The notes beneath the pieces were generated by a model that had not been told where the DNA came from, did no database searches, and saw only the letters and a list, made by a program, of their open reading frames with translations. Shown piece by piece: positions 8,550-17,108 of a DNA stretch of 17,108 bases. The number at the start of each line of letters is the position of its first letter. Position 1 is the first letter of the stretch. Location of the stretch: assembly GCA_037381445.1 (NCBI GenBank), contig JARRQT010000052.1:1-17108 (forward strand). The letters run 5' to 3'. Position numbers and translations under genes: made by a program. Source of the stretch: Calditrichia bacterium (GTDB lineage Bacteria > Calditrichota > Calditrichia > RBG-13-44-9).

Positions 8550-10061
8550 CTACTCCGCAACATCTTCTTTGGGTCTTATCCAGTTCCTGGAGCGCCGCAC
8601 CGCTTCCTCCCAATTTCGTGTGAGTTCCCGGACCTTCTCCCGGGACATATTCGGCTTGAAGGTCTTATCGATTTGCCATTGTTCCCTGATTTCATCGTAA
8701 TTATTCCAATAGCCAACGGCCAGTCCGGCAAGATAGGCGGCACCCAGCGCAGTCGTTTCCGGCACCTGCGGCCGGATGATGGGTATCCCCAGAATGTCCG
8801 ACTGGAACTGCATGAGTGTATCGTCAGCGGTGGCGCCGCCGTCAACCCGCAATTCCTTTACGTCGATGCCCGAATCGGCTTTCATGGCTTTCAGAACATC
8901 CATGCTTTGAAATGCGATACTTTCCAGGGCGGCACGGGCGATATGACCGGCGGAGGAGCCGCGGGTCAGTCCGACAATGATTCCCCGGGCGAACTGGTCC
9001 CAGTGGGGGGCGCCCAGTCCGGCGAACGCCGGCACCAGATAAACTCCGCCGTTATCTTCCACGGAATTGGCCAGTCTTTCCACCTCCGCCGATTCGCGAA
9101 TCAATCCCAGCTCATCCCGCAGCCACTGCACCACCGCCCCGGCGATAAAAATGCTGCCCTCTAGCGCGTACTGCACCTTGCCGTCCACTTTCCAGGCCAC
9201 GGTTGTTAAGAGATTGTTATTAGATTTCACCGGTTCATCACCGGTATTCAGGACCATGAATCCCCCGGTTCCGTATGTATTTTTGAGCATGCCGGGTTCC
9301 AGACACATTTGTCCGAACAGGGCGGCCTGCTGGTCGCCGGCGATCCCGGCGATGGGAATTTTAGAGGCAAAGAGGGTGGTTCCGGTTTCCCCGTATACTT
9401 CGCTGGACGATTTGACTTCCGGCAGCATACTTTCGGGAATGTCCAGGATTTTAAGGATTTCAGGGTCCCACTGCATGGTGTGAATATTGAAGAGCATGGT
9501 CCGGCAGGCATTGGTCACATCTGTGATATGCCGCTGGCCTCGGGTGAACTTCCATACTATCCAGCTATCGATGGTACCGAAGGCCAGTTTTCCGGCTTCT
9601 GCTTTTTTCTGGGCGCCCTCCACATTATTCAGAATCCAGTTGATCTTGGTGCCGGAAAAGTAAGCATCGATCCGCAGGCCGGTTTTCTCCTGGATTTTTT
9701 CTTCCAATCCCTTTGCTTTCAGTGTATCGCAGAAATCGGATGTCCGCCGGTCCTGCCAAACAATCGCATGATAAACGGGATCGCCGGTTTCACGGTCCCA
9801 CACCACGGTAGTCTCCCTTTGATTGGTGATGCCAATAGCGGCGATGTTCTTTCCGGTGAGTCCCGCATGGGTCGTGGCCTCGGCCACCACGCTGGCTTGG
9901 GATGACCAGATTTCATTGGCGTCGTGCTCCACCCATCCCGGTTTTGGGAAATATTGTTTGAACTCCTTTTGGGCGACTGATTTTATCCTGCCGTTATGAT
10001 CGAAGATGATGGCGCGCGAACTGGTTGTCCCCTGATCGATTGCTAAAATATATTTTTCCAC
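8550..10061 (-). CDS. glpK: Glycerol kinase
   Basis: [79 protein letters not shown]. Start is most likely GTG at 10061 (AAGGAG 6 nt upstream) rather than TTG at 10067. Confidence 0.97.
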   Translation of the reverse strand: MEKYILAIDQGTTSSRAIIFDHNGRIKSVAQKEFKQYFPKPGWVEHDANEIWSSQASVVAEATTHAGLTGKNIAAIGITNQRETTVVWDRETGDPVYHAIVWQDRRTSDFCDTLKAKGLEEKIQEKTGLRIDAYFSGTKINWILNNVEGAQKKAEAGKLAFGTIDSWIVWKFTRGQRHITDVTNACRTMLFNIHTMQWDPEILKILDIPESMLPEVKSSSEVYGETGTTLFASKIPIAGIAGDQQAALFGQMCLEPGMLKNTYGTGGFMVLNTGDEPVKSNNNLLTTVAWKVDGKVQYALEGSIFIAGAVVQWLRDELGLIRESAEVERLANSVEDNGGVYLVPAFAGLGAPHWDQFARGIIVGLTRGSSAGHIARAALESIAFQSMDVLKAMKADSGIDVKELRVDGGATADDTLMQFQSDILGIPIIRPQVPETTALGAAYLAGLAVGYWNNYDEIREQWQIDKTFKPNMSREKVRELTRNWEEAVRRSRNWIRPKEDVAE

Positions 10062-10265
10062 ACTCAACTCCTTATTTGTATTAGCAAATTACAAAAATCT
10101 GCGGGCTTTAATTTATTTGATTAATCGTGGGAAAAATAAATAGTGTCCGCATTTACTGGCCTTTCTTTGCCAATAAAACGACGTGCCGGTTTGTGAAACT
10201 CCATTTCAAACTCCGAGCATTATACAAAAAATAGGCCCGGAAAGTTTTCACTCACGGCATATGCT

Positions 10266-10279
10266 TTTTAACGTTAACA
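10266..10279. promoter_or_regulatory. Palindromic operator candidate (LacI-family-like)
   Basis: Minus strand TGTTAACGTTAAAA has a perfect TTAACGTTAA core with central CG, immediately downstream of the predicted -10. Confidence 0.45.
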
Positions 10280-10308
10280 ATTTTATAATGCAAGTTTGGG
10301 CGGGACAA
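10280..10308 (-). promoter_or_regulatory. Putative sigma-70 promoter for glpKD
   Basis: TTGTCC-N17-TAAAAT on the minus strand, just downstream of the pepF terminator. Confidence 0.45.
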
Positions 10309-10321
10309 GGATTATTTTGAC

Positions 10322-10350
10322 AATAAAAGACGCCCCCGGTGCGGGGGCGC
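10322..10350 (-). terminator. Intrinsic terminator of pepF
   Basis: Minus strand CGCCCCCG-CAC-CGGGGGCG-TCTTTTATT: GC-rich stem plus U tract, about 27 nt after the stop. Confidence 0.8.
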
Positions 10351-10376
10351 TCATATTTTCTGCAATTTATCTGATT

Positions 10377-12269
10377 TTACAATTTGGTGATTTCCTGCTC
10401 CAGTTGGTCCACCAGGTCGTTGAGCTGCCTGACGACCGCCAATACCGGTTCAGGCTTGTTCAGATCCACACCTGCCTTGCGAAGCTGTTCCATGGGATAA
10501 TCATTGCCGCCTGATTTCAGCAGTTCCGTAAAGCGTTCCAGTGCCCCACGCTGTTCGTCTTTGGTGCCGGTGGTCATATCGTTATAGATTTTGGCGGAAG
10601 ACGCGTAACAGGTGGCATACTGGTAGACATAATAGGGCATGCCATAAAAATGATGAACCCGGGCCCAGAAACTGTTGAAAAGATCATCTGAAGTAATGGC
10701 ATCGCCATAGTATGCGTTCACCAGATCTGCCATGATGCCATTCAACGCCTTGGCGGTAATGGGCTTTCCTTCTTCCACCAGGCGATGGGCCTGCAGTTCA
10801 AAATCAGCGAACATGACCTGAGTATAAAAAGTGCCCACAATGTTATCAATGGATTGCTGCAGCAGGCTGATGCGCTCTTTGGGATCTTTCGATTTTTTCA
10901 TTAGGTAATCCAGCAGCAATTTTTCATTCAGGGTGGAAGGGACTTCTGCGACAAATATAGTGTAATCTGACGTGGCAAACGGCTGGTTCTCATTGGAAAA
11001 AGTGGTATGCATGGTGTGACCGAGTTCATGCGCCAGCGTGAAAACATAGCGCAGGGTTCCGTTGTAGTTGAGAAGCATGTAAGGATGAACGCCGTAGACG
11101 CCGGATGAATAGGCGCCCGCCCGTTTTCCTTCGTTTTCATAAACATCAATCCACCCGCCCTGCAGGGCCTGCTGCAGTTTTTGCTGATATTCCTTGCCCA
11201 ACGGTTTAACGGCTTCCATGACCCACTTCTTCGCTTCCTCATAGGGGTAGGTTTTATCCAGATCCGTTAAGCTGATGGAACCGTCATAGAGGTGATATTC
11301 CTTAAGTCCCAGCACCTGCTTGCGCAGCCTGATATACCGCTGCAGCGGAGCGGTATTTTCCTTCACGGTTTTTACCAGATTCTCATAAACCCCCAGCGGC
11401 ACATTATCGCTTTCCAGATAGGACTCCAGCGTGGAATTGTAGTTCCGAGCCTGAGCGATGGCCCAATCGTCCTGACAGACCGCATTATAAATGGCGGCAT
11501 AGGTGTTTTCATTTTTTTGGTAAGTGCCATACAGCGCATCAAAAGCTTCTTTTCTGTTCTCCTGACTGCGGTCGGTCGCCAGAATCAATCCGTATTTTCC
11601 GGGTGTAATTTTGGCGGTTTGCGAATCGGACAGCGTTATTTCCGGAAAATCAATATCGGAAGTCGACAATTCCGAGTAAATAGCATTCGGCGTTCTCCTC
11701 AAACCCGAGAAATAAGACAGCAAAGTCTCTTTATCTTCGGGAAGGACATGGGACTGCTGGCGATAAAGGTCTTCAATATTATGACGGTAAGGTGCCAGTC
11801 CTGGTGTCTCATCCAGCCACACCTTCATGGTATCCCAGGGGATTTGCAGTAATTCCGGTCTGAACCAGGCATTGGTTGTACCGAATTTTGAGAACAGGAT
11901 TTGCACTTCCTGGTAATGGCCGGAGACATCCGAATCACGAGTGTCGGTGTCGCGCATGAGCTTGGGATATTGATAGACATGATAGCCGATGATATTGAGA
12001 TTATCTTTAAGCCTGAGCGCTCTCAGCAGGTTTCCGGGTCCCTGACTGAGCGTCCCCTTTAACTGGGCAAAGCCCTCCATTCGCGCTTCAAGTTTCTGAA
12101 AGTCCTGTTCCCAGCTGTTCCAGTCGGGATAGATATCGTTCAGGTTCCATTTGTATTTGGCGTCGATCTCATCGCGCTTCAGCGATCGTTCCTGGGAAAA
12201 GAGGCTGGTAACCATGAAAACAGAAACATAAATCAGGCAAATCATAAACATTGGTGTTTTTTTGAACAT
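10377..12269 (-). CDS. pepF: Oligoendopeptidase F (M3B) with N-terminal signal peptide
   Basis: KYKWNLNDIY, WIDVYENEGKRAGAYS, TLAHELGHTMH (HExxH), FVAEVPSTLNE, YYVYQYAT and LKSGGNDYP motifs. ATG 12269 has RBS GGAGG. N-terminus MFKKTPMFMICLIYVSVFMVTSLFS/QE is signal-peptide-like. Confidence 0.93.
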   Translation of the reverse strand: MFKKTPMFMICLIYVSVFMVTSLFSQERSLKRDEIDAKYKWNLNDIYPDWNSWEQDFQKLEARMEGFAQLKGTLSQGPGNLLRALRLKDNLNIIGYHVYQYPKLMRDTDTRDSDVSGHYQEVQILFSKFGTTNAWFRPELLQIPWDTMKVWLDETPGLAPYRHNIEDLYRQQSHVLPEDKETLLSYFSGLRRTPNAIYSELSTSDIDFPEITLSDSQTAKITPGKYGLILATDRSQENRKEAFDALYGTYQKNENTYAAIYNAVCQDDWAIAQARNYNSTLESYLESDNVPLGVYENLVKTVKENTAPLQRYIRLRKQVLGLKEYHLYDGSISLTDLDKTYPYEEAKKWVMEAVKPLGKEYQQKLQQALQGGWIDVYENEGKRAGAYSSGVYGVHPYMLLNYNGTLRYVFTLAHELGHTMHTTFSNENQPFATSDYTIFVAEVPSTLNEKLLLDYLMKKSKDPKERISLLQQSIDNIVGTFYTQVMFADFELQAHRLVEEGKPITAKALNGIMADLVNAYYGDAITSDDLFNSFWARVHHFYGMPYYVYQYATCYASSAKIYNDMTTGTKDEQRGALERFTELLKSGGNDYPMEQLRKAGVDLNKPEPVLAVVRQLNDLVDQLEQEITKL

Positions 12270-12622
12270 TCGAACCTCCGTGCAGTTCTTGGCTTTTATA
12301 TTGGTCATTTAAGTTAATATAAAATCTAAACCTTAATACGTGTCTTAACGAAAAAGTTACCTGAAAAATAATTTTATTGAAAAAACAGCGCGAAAACGGC
12401 GGGAAACGAAGCGGCCGGATGAATAAATTCTTTTCGGAACTCTCTTAAGCTCATAACTAACTTATTTTTTCAATGAACAAAAAGATTAGGTACCGGTTAA
12501 AATATCCGGGTAAATATCGTATTATGTAAGATAAAGCCTTTGGTAAAGAATTGTGTTTTGATTAATGAATTCGTTAATTATGTTGTTATCCAGGAATCAA
12601 GCGGAAAATAGGAGGAGCCTTT

Positions 12623-14158
12623 ATGGCAAAAGTAGATTTTGAATCGTTCCAGAAGAAGATCGTGGTGCGACAAATACAGCCCGAGGATCTGGACCAGATT
12701 GTTCAGCTCCAGTTAAAGTGTTTTCCGGGAATGCAGCCCTGGTCAAAACCGGAATTTCAGAGTCAGCTCAGGATTTTCCCGGAAGGCCAGATTTGCGTGG
12801 AATATGAAGGCCGGATTGTGGCCTCTTCCTCCAGTCTGATCATCGACTACGATCTGTACGGCGAGCGGCACAACTGGTCCGAGATCAGCAGCAACGGCTA
12901 TATCACCAACCATAATCCGGAAGGAGATACGCTTTATGGCATCGAAATTATGGTGGACCCCGAATTCCGGGGAATGAAACTGGCACGGCGGATCTATGAT
13001 GCGCGAAAGCAACTGGTGCGGAACAGAAACCTGATGCGCATCGTGGTTGGGGGCCGGATTCCGGGCTACGGAAAATACAAGGATGAGATGACGGCCCGCG
13101 AGTATGTGGAAAAAGTGGTGAATAAATCCCTTTTTGACCCGGTGCTGACCGTTCAGCTGGCGAACGGTTTTGTGTTGAAACGGATCATCAAGGAATACCT
13201 GCCCGGCGATTATGAGTCCGATGAATACGCCATCTTGTTGGAGTGGACCAACATCGACTATAATCCCGATCCCTCCCGCAAGTACCTGCCCGCCCGACCG
13301 GTAAGGATTTGTGCGGTTCAGTACCAGATGCGGCGGATTGAGGATTTCTCCCAATTTGCGGACCAGTGCGAATATTTTGTCGATGTGGCGTCCGATTTTA
13401 AAAGCGATTTTATCCTTTTCCCGGAACTGCTCACTACGCAGTTGCTGTCATTCCTGGGTGCCAAAAGGCCGGGCATCGCGGCCCGGAAACTGGCGGAATT
13501 CACTCCCCAGTATCTCGATCTGTTTTCCAATCTGGCCATCAACTACAATATCAATATCATTGCCGGTTCCCATTTCACCCTGGAAGAGGAGCACCTTTAC
13601 AATGTGGCCTATCTTTTCAAGAGAAATGGCGAAATCGGAAAGCAGTATAAAATTCATATCACACCCAATGAAAGGCGCTGGTGGGGCGTGGAGCCGGGGA
13701 ATGAAATCCGGGTTTTTGATACGGACCGCGGCCGGATTTCCATCCAGATCTGTTATGATGTGGAATTTCCCGAAGTCAGCCGTATTGCCGTCGAAAAAGG
13801 GGCCCAGATTATTTTCGTTCCCTTCTGCACCGATGAACGCCACGGCTACCTGCGGGTGAGGTATTGTTCCCAGGCCCGCTGTATTGAAAATCAGGTGTAC
13901 GCGGCCATTGCCGGGACGGTGGGTAATCTGCCGCAGGTGGAAAATATGGATATTCAATACGCCCAGTCGGCCATACTGACCCCATCGGATTTTGTCTTTG
14001 CCCGGGACGGGGTGGCGGCGGAGTGTACCCCCAACATTGAAACACTGGTGATACATGACGTGGATCTGGAGGTGCTGAAACGCCACAGCCGCAGCGGAAC
14101 CACCCTCAACTGGATAGACCGCCGGAAAGACCTCTATGAGATTCAGATTAAAAAATAG
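12623..14158 (+). CDS. Bifunctional GNAT acetyltransferase / carbon-nitrogen hydrolase (nitrilase superfamily, YhcX-like)
   Basis: N-terminal GNAT (YGIEIMVDPEFRGMKLARRIY, GGRIPGY, DPVLTVQLANGF). C-terminal nitrilase fold with the Glu-Lys-Cys triad (LFPE, QYKIHIT, ICYDVEFPE). RBS AGGAGG. Confidence 0.92.
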   Translation: MAKVDFESFQKKIVVRQIQPEDLDQIVQLQLKCFPGMQPWSKPEFQSQLRIFPEGQICVEYEGRIVASSSSLIIDYDLYGERHNWSEISSNGYITNHNPEGDTLYGIEIMVDPEFRGMKLARRIYDARKQLVRNRNLMRIVVGGRIPGYGKYKDEMTAREYVEKVVNKSLFDPVLTVQLANGFVLKRIIKEYLPGDYESDEYAILLEWTNIDYNPDPSRKYLPARPVRICAVQYQMRRIEDFSQFADQCEYFVDVASDFKSDFILFPELLTTQLLSFLGAKRPGIAARKLAEFTPQYLDLFSNLAINYNINIIAGSHFTLEEEHLYNVAYLFKRNGEIGKQYKIHITPNERRWWGVEPGNEIRVFDTDRGRISIQICYDVEFPEVSRIAVEKGAQIIFVPFCTDERHGYLRVRYCSQARCIENQVYAAIAGTVGNLPQVENMDIQYAQSAILTPSDFVFARDGVAAECTPNIETLVIHDVDLEVLKRHSRSGTTLNWIDRRKDLYEIQIKK

Positions 14159-14226
14159 ATTCTGCTTTATTTAATTTGACGAAGTTTTGAATTGCCGTAC
14201 ATTTCCTAAAATTGATAGGAGTCGCC

Positions 14227-15006
14227 ATGAAAATTCCCATTTATCAAATTGATGCTTTTACTGACAGATTGTTTTCCGGGAATCCCGCTGCCGTATGTCC
14301 CCTGGAGGAGTGGCCGGAGGATGAATTGCTTCAATCTATCGCAGCGGAAAACAATTTGTCGGAGACCGCCTTTTTTATTCCCAACAATAATGAATATGAT
14401 CTGCGCTGGTTCACCCCTGCCACGGAGGTTGATTTGTGCGGTCATGCCACGCTGGCCACAGCTCATTTAATCATGAATATACTTGAACCGGAACGCCAGG
14501 CTGCAGTTTTTAACACCAAAAGCGGCAAGCTGGAAGTGACGAAATCGGGGAATAGTCTGGTCATGAGATTTCCGGTGTATAAACCCGTAAAATGCGAAGC
14601 GCCTGAACTTTTAATCCGGGGGCTTCGCCATCCCCCGGTGGAAGTTTATTGCGCAAGGGATTATGTGGCTGTTTACGAAACTGAAGGTGAAGTGAAAGCG
14701 CTGCAGCCTGATTTTGAAATACTGAAGCGACTGGACCTCTCCGGGGTCATGGCAACAGCGCCGGGAAAGGAGTCGGATTTTGTCTCGCGCTTCTTTGCGC
14801 CCAAAGAGGGTATTAATGAAGATCCGGTTACCGGTTCTGCCCACTGCACCCTCGCACCATTCTGGGCAAAACGGCTGGGGAAGGCCAGTTTGTCGGCCAG
14901 GCAAATATCGGCACGCGGCGGCGAATTGTCCTGCGAAATACAGGGAGAGCAGTTGCTGATCCGGGGAAAGGCGGTCCTGTTCCTGGAAGGCACGCTCATG
15001 ATTTGA
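14227..15006 (+). CDS. PhzF/YddE-family (DAP-epimerase-fold) isomerase
   Basis: QIDAFTDRLFSGNPAAV, NLSETAF, LRWFTPATEVDLCGHATLA, SRFFAP..GINEDPVTGSAH and SARGG motifs. ATG 14227 has RBS AGGAG. Confidence 0.92.
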   Translation: MKIPIYQIDAFTDRLFSGNPAAVCPLEEWPEDELLQSIAAENNLSETAFFIPNNNEYDLRWFTPATEVDLCGHATLATAHLIMNILEPERQAAVFNTKSGKLEVTKSGNSLVMRFPVYKPVKCEAPELLIRGLRHPPVEVYCARDYVAVYETEGEVKALQPDFEILKRLDLSGVMATAPGKESDFVSRFFAPKEGINEDPVTGSAHCTLAPFWAKRLGKASLSARQISARGGELSCEIQGEQLLIRGKAVLFLEGTLMI

Positions 15007-15274
15007 ATCCGTGCGACTAATGGAAAGCGGAGTATTGGTCCGCCCATCTCTTGTTTCCTCAGCGCACAAACAGGAGCCGCCGGATTTCTGCCTACAAATG
15101 CCCGACAGTTTTGAGAGCGGTTGCTCCTGCAAAAATCCCGGGCGCGGGAACAAACGGCGGCTGCTAAAATTTACTTTTGGCAGGAAAGTTTCCTTGAGCC
15201 ATTTCTCCTGGATACATGAAGAATAAAATTTGAAATGAAGATGAAGTTTGACCTATTACTTGCAGGTACCGGGG

Positions 15275-16029
15275 ATGTTAGGATTGAAAAATAGACGCCG
15301 CCGCCGTCTCATGCAGAAGCCCTTTCCGCCGGAATGGGTGAAAATTCTGGAAAGGAATGTTCCGTATTACCGGTGCCTTTCTCTGGAAGAGCAGAAGCAG
15401 TTGCAGGGATTGATTCACGTTTTTCTGTCGGAAAAATGGTTTGAAGGATGCGGCGGTCTGGAAATCACCGATGAAATTCGGCTGACCATTGCCGCTCAGG
15501 CCTGCATTCTTTTGCTGGGGATGGAAACCGATTTTTATCCCACCCTGAGAACCATTCTGGTTTATCCCTCTGCGTATGTGGCACGTTTTGCCGACCGGCA
15601 GCCGGACGGAACGGTAATCGAAGGGGAGCAGGCGAGATTAGGCGAGTCGTGGCTGCGCGGCACTCTGGTGCTCTCCTGGGACGATGTGCTTCAGGGGGCA
15701 TCGGATTTTCATGACGGGCATAATGTGGTTTTCCATGAATTTGCCCATCAGCTCGATAACGAATCCGGTGCTGCGGAGGGTGCCCCGCTTCTTCCCGAAC
15801 GCTCCATGTATATCTGCTTAATGATATTGAGCACCACCGGAAGACCTTCATCGATGAGTACGGGGCGATTAATCCGGCGGAATTTTTCGCGGTCATTACG
15901 GAGGCTTTTTTTGAAAAATCAGTACAGTTCAGAGCGAAACATCCGGAGTTGTATGAGCAGCTCAGACTTTTTTACCGGCAGGATCCCGCTTCCCGCCTGC
16001 GGGATCCGGAAGCCGGATGCCGCGAATAA
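15275..16029 (+). pseudogene. M90/MtfA-family zinc-dependent peptidase, frameshifted at ~15814
   Basis: The first frame gives FEGCGGLEITDEIRLTIAAQACILLL...ILVYP...GESW..G.LVLSW...GHNVVFHEFAHQLD...ERSMYI. The family-typical C-terminus LLNDIEHHRKTFIDEYGAINPAEFFAVITEAFFEK...HPELYEQLRLFYRQDP continues in the -1 frame from 15814 to TAA at 16027-16029. Confidence 0.82.
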
Positions 16030-16160
16030 CAGGGCGTGAACTGCGGAATAATTTGTTTGTGGCTTGTGAAATCCGAAAAAAATTATTTAGATTTGGTTTT
16101 ATTTTAACCAGTTGAAAACAGTGTTGCTGCTACGCCAGAAAAAACACATAAGGAGGTTCG

Positions 16161-16916
16161 ATGGGAAAGATTGCTTTTATTACCGGTGCCACGGCTGGAT
16201 TCGGAGAAAGTTGCGCGCGGCGTTTCGCCGATGAAGGATGGGATCTGGTTCTGGCCGCCCGTCGCCGGGAGCGGCTTGAGTCATTAAAAAATGAGCTGAA
16301 TACATCTGTTCATATCATACCATTGGATGTGCGGGATCGAAAAGCCGTGCAGCAGGCGGTGGATGACCTGCCCGCCGCATTCCGGGAGGTTGATGTGCTG
16401 GTGAACAATGCCGGTCTGGCACTCGGACTGCAACCCGCCTACGAAACTGATCTGGATGACTGGGATGCAATGGTCGATACGAATATCAAGGGATTAATGT
16501 ATTGCACCCGCAGCCTGCTGCCGGGAATGGTGGAAAGAAACCGCGGGCACATTATCAACCTAGGTTCCATTGCGGGAAGTTGGCCTTATCCGGGCGGCAA
16601 TGTATACGGTTCCACAAAGGCTTTCGTTAAACAGTTTTCTAATAATTTGCGGGCAGATTTATACGGATCAAAGGTTCGGGTGACCAATATCGAACCCGGA
16701 CTGGCGGAGACGGAATTTTCAATCGTGCGTTTCAAGGGCGATAAAGAAAAGGCCGCCAAAGTTTACGAAGGGGCCAATCCGCTGACGCCGGAGGATATCG
16801 CCGAGATTATCTATTGGGCCGCAACGCTTCCCGGGCATGTAAATATCAACCGTGTGGAAGTGATGCCGACCAGCCAGACCTGGGGCCCGTTTTCTGTTTA
16901 TCGGGAGAATGAGTAG
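16161..16916 (+). CDS. Short-chain dehydrogenase, YdfG-like NADP-dependent 3-hydroxy acid dehydrogenase
   Basis: TGATAGFG, ARRRERL (NADP preference), LVNNAGLALG, INLGSIAG.WPYPGGNVYGSTKAFV (YxxxK), IEPGLAETEFS and P.HVNIN motifs. RBS AAGGAGG. Confidence 0.9.
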   Translation: MGKIAFITGATAGFGESCARRFADEGWDLVLAARRRERLESLKNELNTSVHIIPLDVRDRKAVQQAVDDLPAAFREVDVLVNNAGLALGLQPAYETDLDDWDAMVDTNIKGLMYCTRSLLPGMVERNRGHIINLGSIAGSWPYPGGNVYGSTKAFVKQFSNNLRADLYGSKVRVTNIEPGLAETEFSIVRFKGDKEKAAKVYEGANPLTPEDIAEIIYWAATLPGHVNINRVEVMPTSQTWGPFSVYRENE

Positions 16917-17036
16917 TTTTACTTTCTTATGAATCCGGGACCGTATGGAAGCAGGGGGGAATGCCCGATTTGGATCAATCCGCTCAAATTTGCTTTCCAT
17001 GCAATCTTAGTGATTTATGATATGTAATCCGGTTTT

Positions 17037-17059
17037 CTCCGGCAACGGATTTGCCGGAG
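17037..17059. terminator. Hairpin, possible terminator downstream of the SDR
   Basis: CTCCGGCAA-cggat-TTGCCGGAG is a perfect 9-bp stem; the following U tract is weak. Confidence 0.35.
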
Positions 17060-17108
17060 GATTCAATTCTTTCGGTTTCTTTTTTATAATGGAATTTTCA
17101 GAAAAAAA

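Noticed and set aside
10192..10210. CRP-like site upstream of glpK (TGTGA...)
   Set aside because: The second half-site does not match TCACA at the 6-bp spacing.
2010..14086. Long antisense ORFs (e.g. 2010-2642, 6018-6704, 9309-9905, 12743-13354, 13448-14086)
   Set aside because: They lie entirely opposite well-supported genes, as expected from codon bias, and have no family motifs.
14227..15006. Phenazine biosynthesis cluster
   Set aside because: Only a lone PhzF-family gene is present, with no phzA/B, D, E or G.
15011..15226. 71-aa ORF between the PhzF-like and peptidase genes
   Set aside because: GTG start with no clear RBS and no recognisable motif; cannot be supported as a gene.
15800..15830. 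Programmed -1 ribosomal frameshift in the M90 peptidase
   Set aside because: There is no X XXY YYZ slippery heptamer at the junction, and conserved residues appear to be missing, which favours a deletion.
1..17108. CRISPR arrays, IS elements, prophage or anti-phage defence genes
   Set aside because: No regularly spaced repeats, transposase/integrase motifs or defence domains were seen.

Overview
A 17.1-kb bacterial chromosomal segment of metabolic genes, with no mobile element, CRISPR array or rRNA/tRNA seen. In order: malate synthase A (aceB, minus strand, running off the left edge and absent from the ORF track); a sigma-54 enhancer-binding protein (bEBP) with an N-terminal Rossmann-like domain; a PAT/YncA-type GNAT; a signal-peptide-bearing DUF6588-like outer-membrane protein; an MFS transporter; glpD and glpK; a signal-peptide-bearing PepF; and a plus-strand run of a GNAT/carbon-nitrogen hydrolase fusion (YhcX-like), a PhzF-family isomerase, an MtfA/M90 zinc peptidase and a YdfG-like SDR. 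The most interesting element is an apparent sigma-54 module controlling the glyoxylate shunt. It comprises a good -24/-12 promoter just upstream of aceB, an IHF-like site, a cluster of palindromes and TGAATGC repeats, and the adjacent bEBP. Two genes appear to carry short internal deletions: in-frame in the bEBP and frameshifting in the M90 peptidase. These may be real lesions or assembly artefacts. Family assignments are from motif recognition, not database searches.
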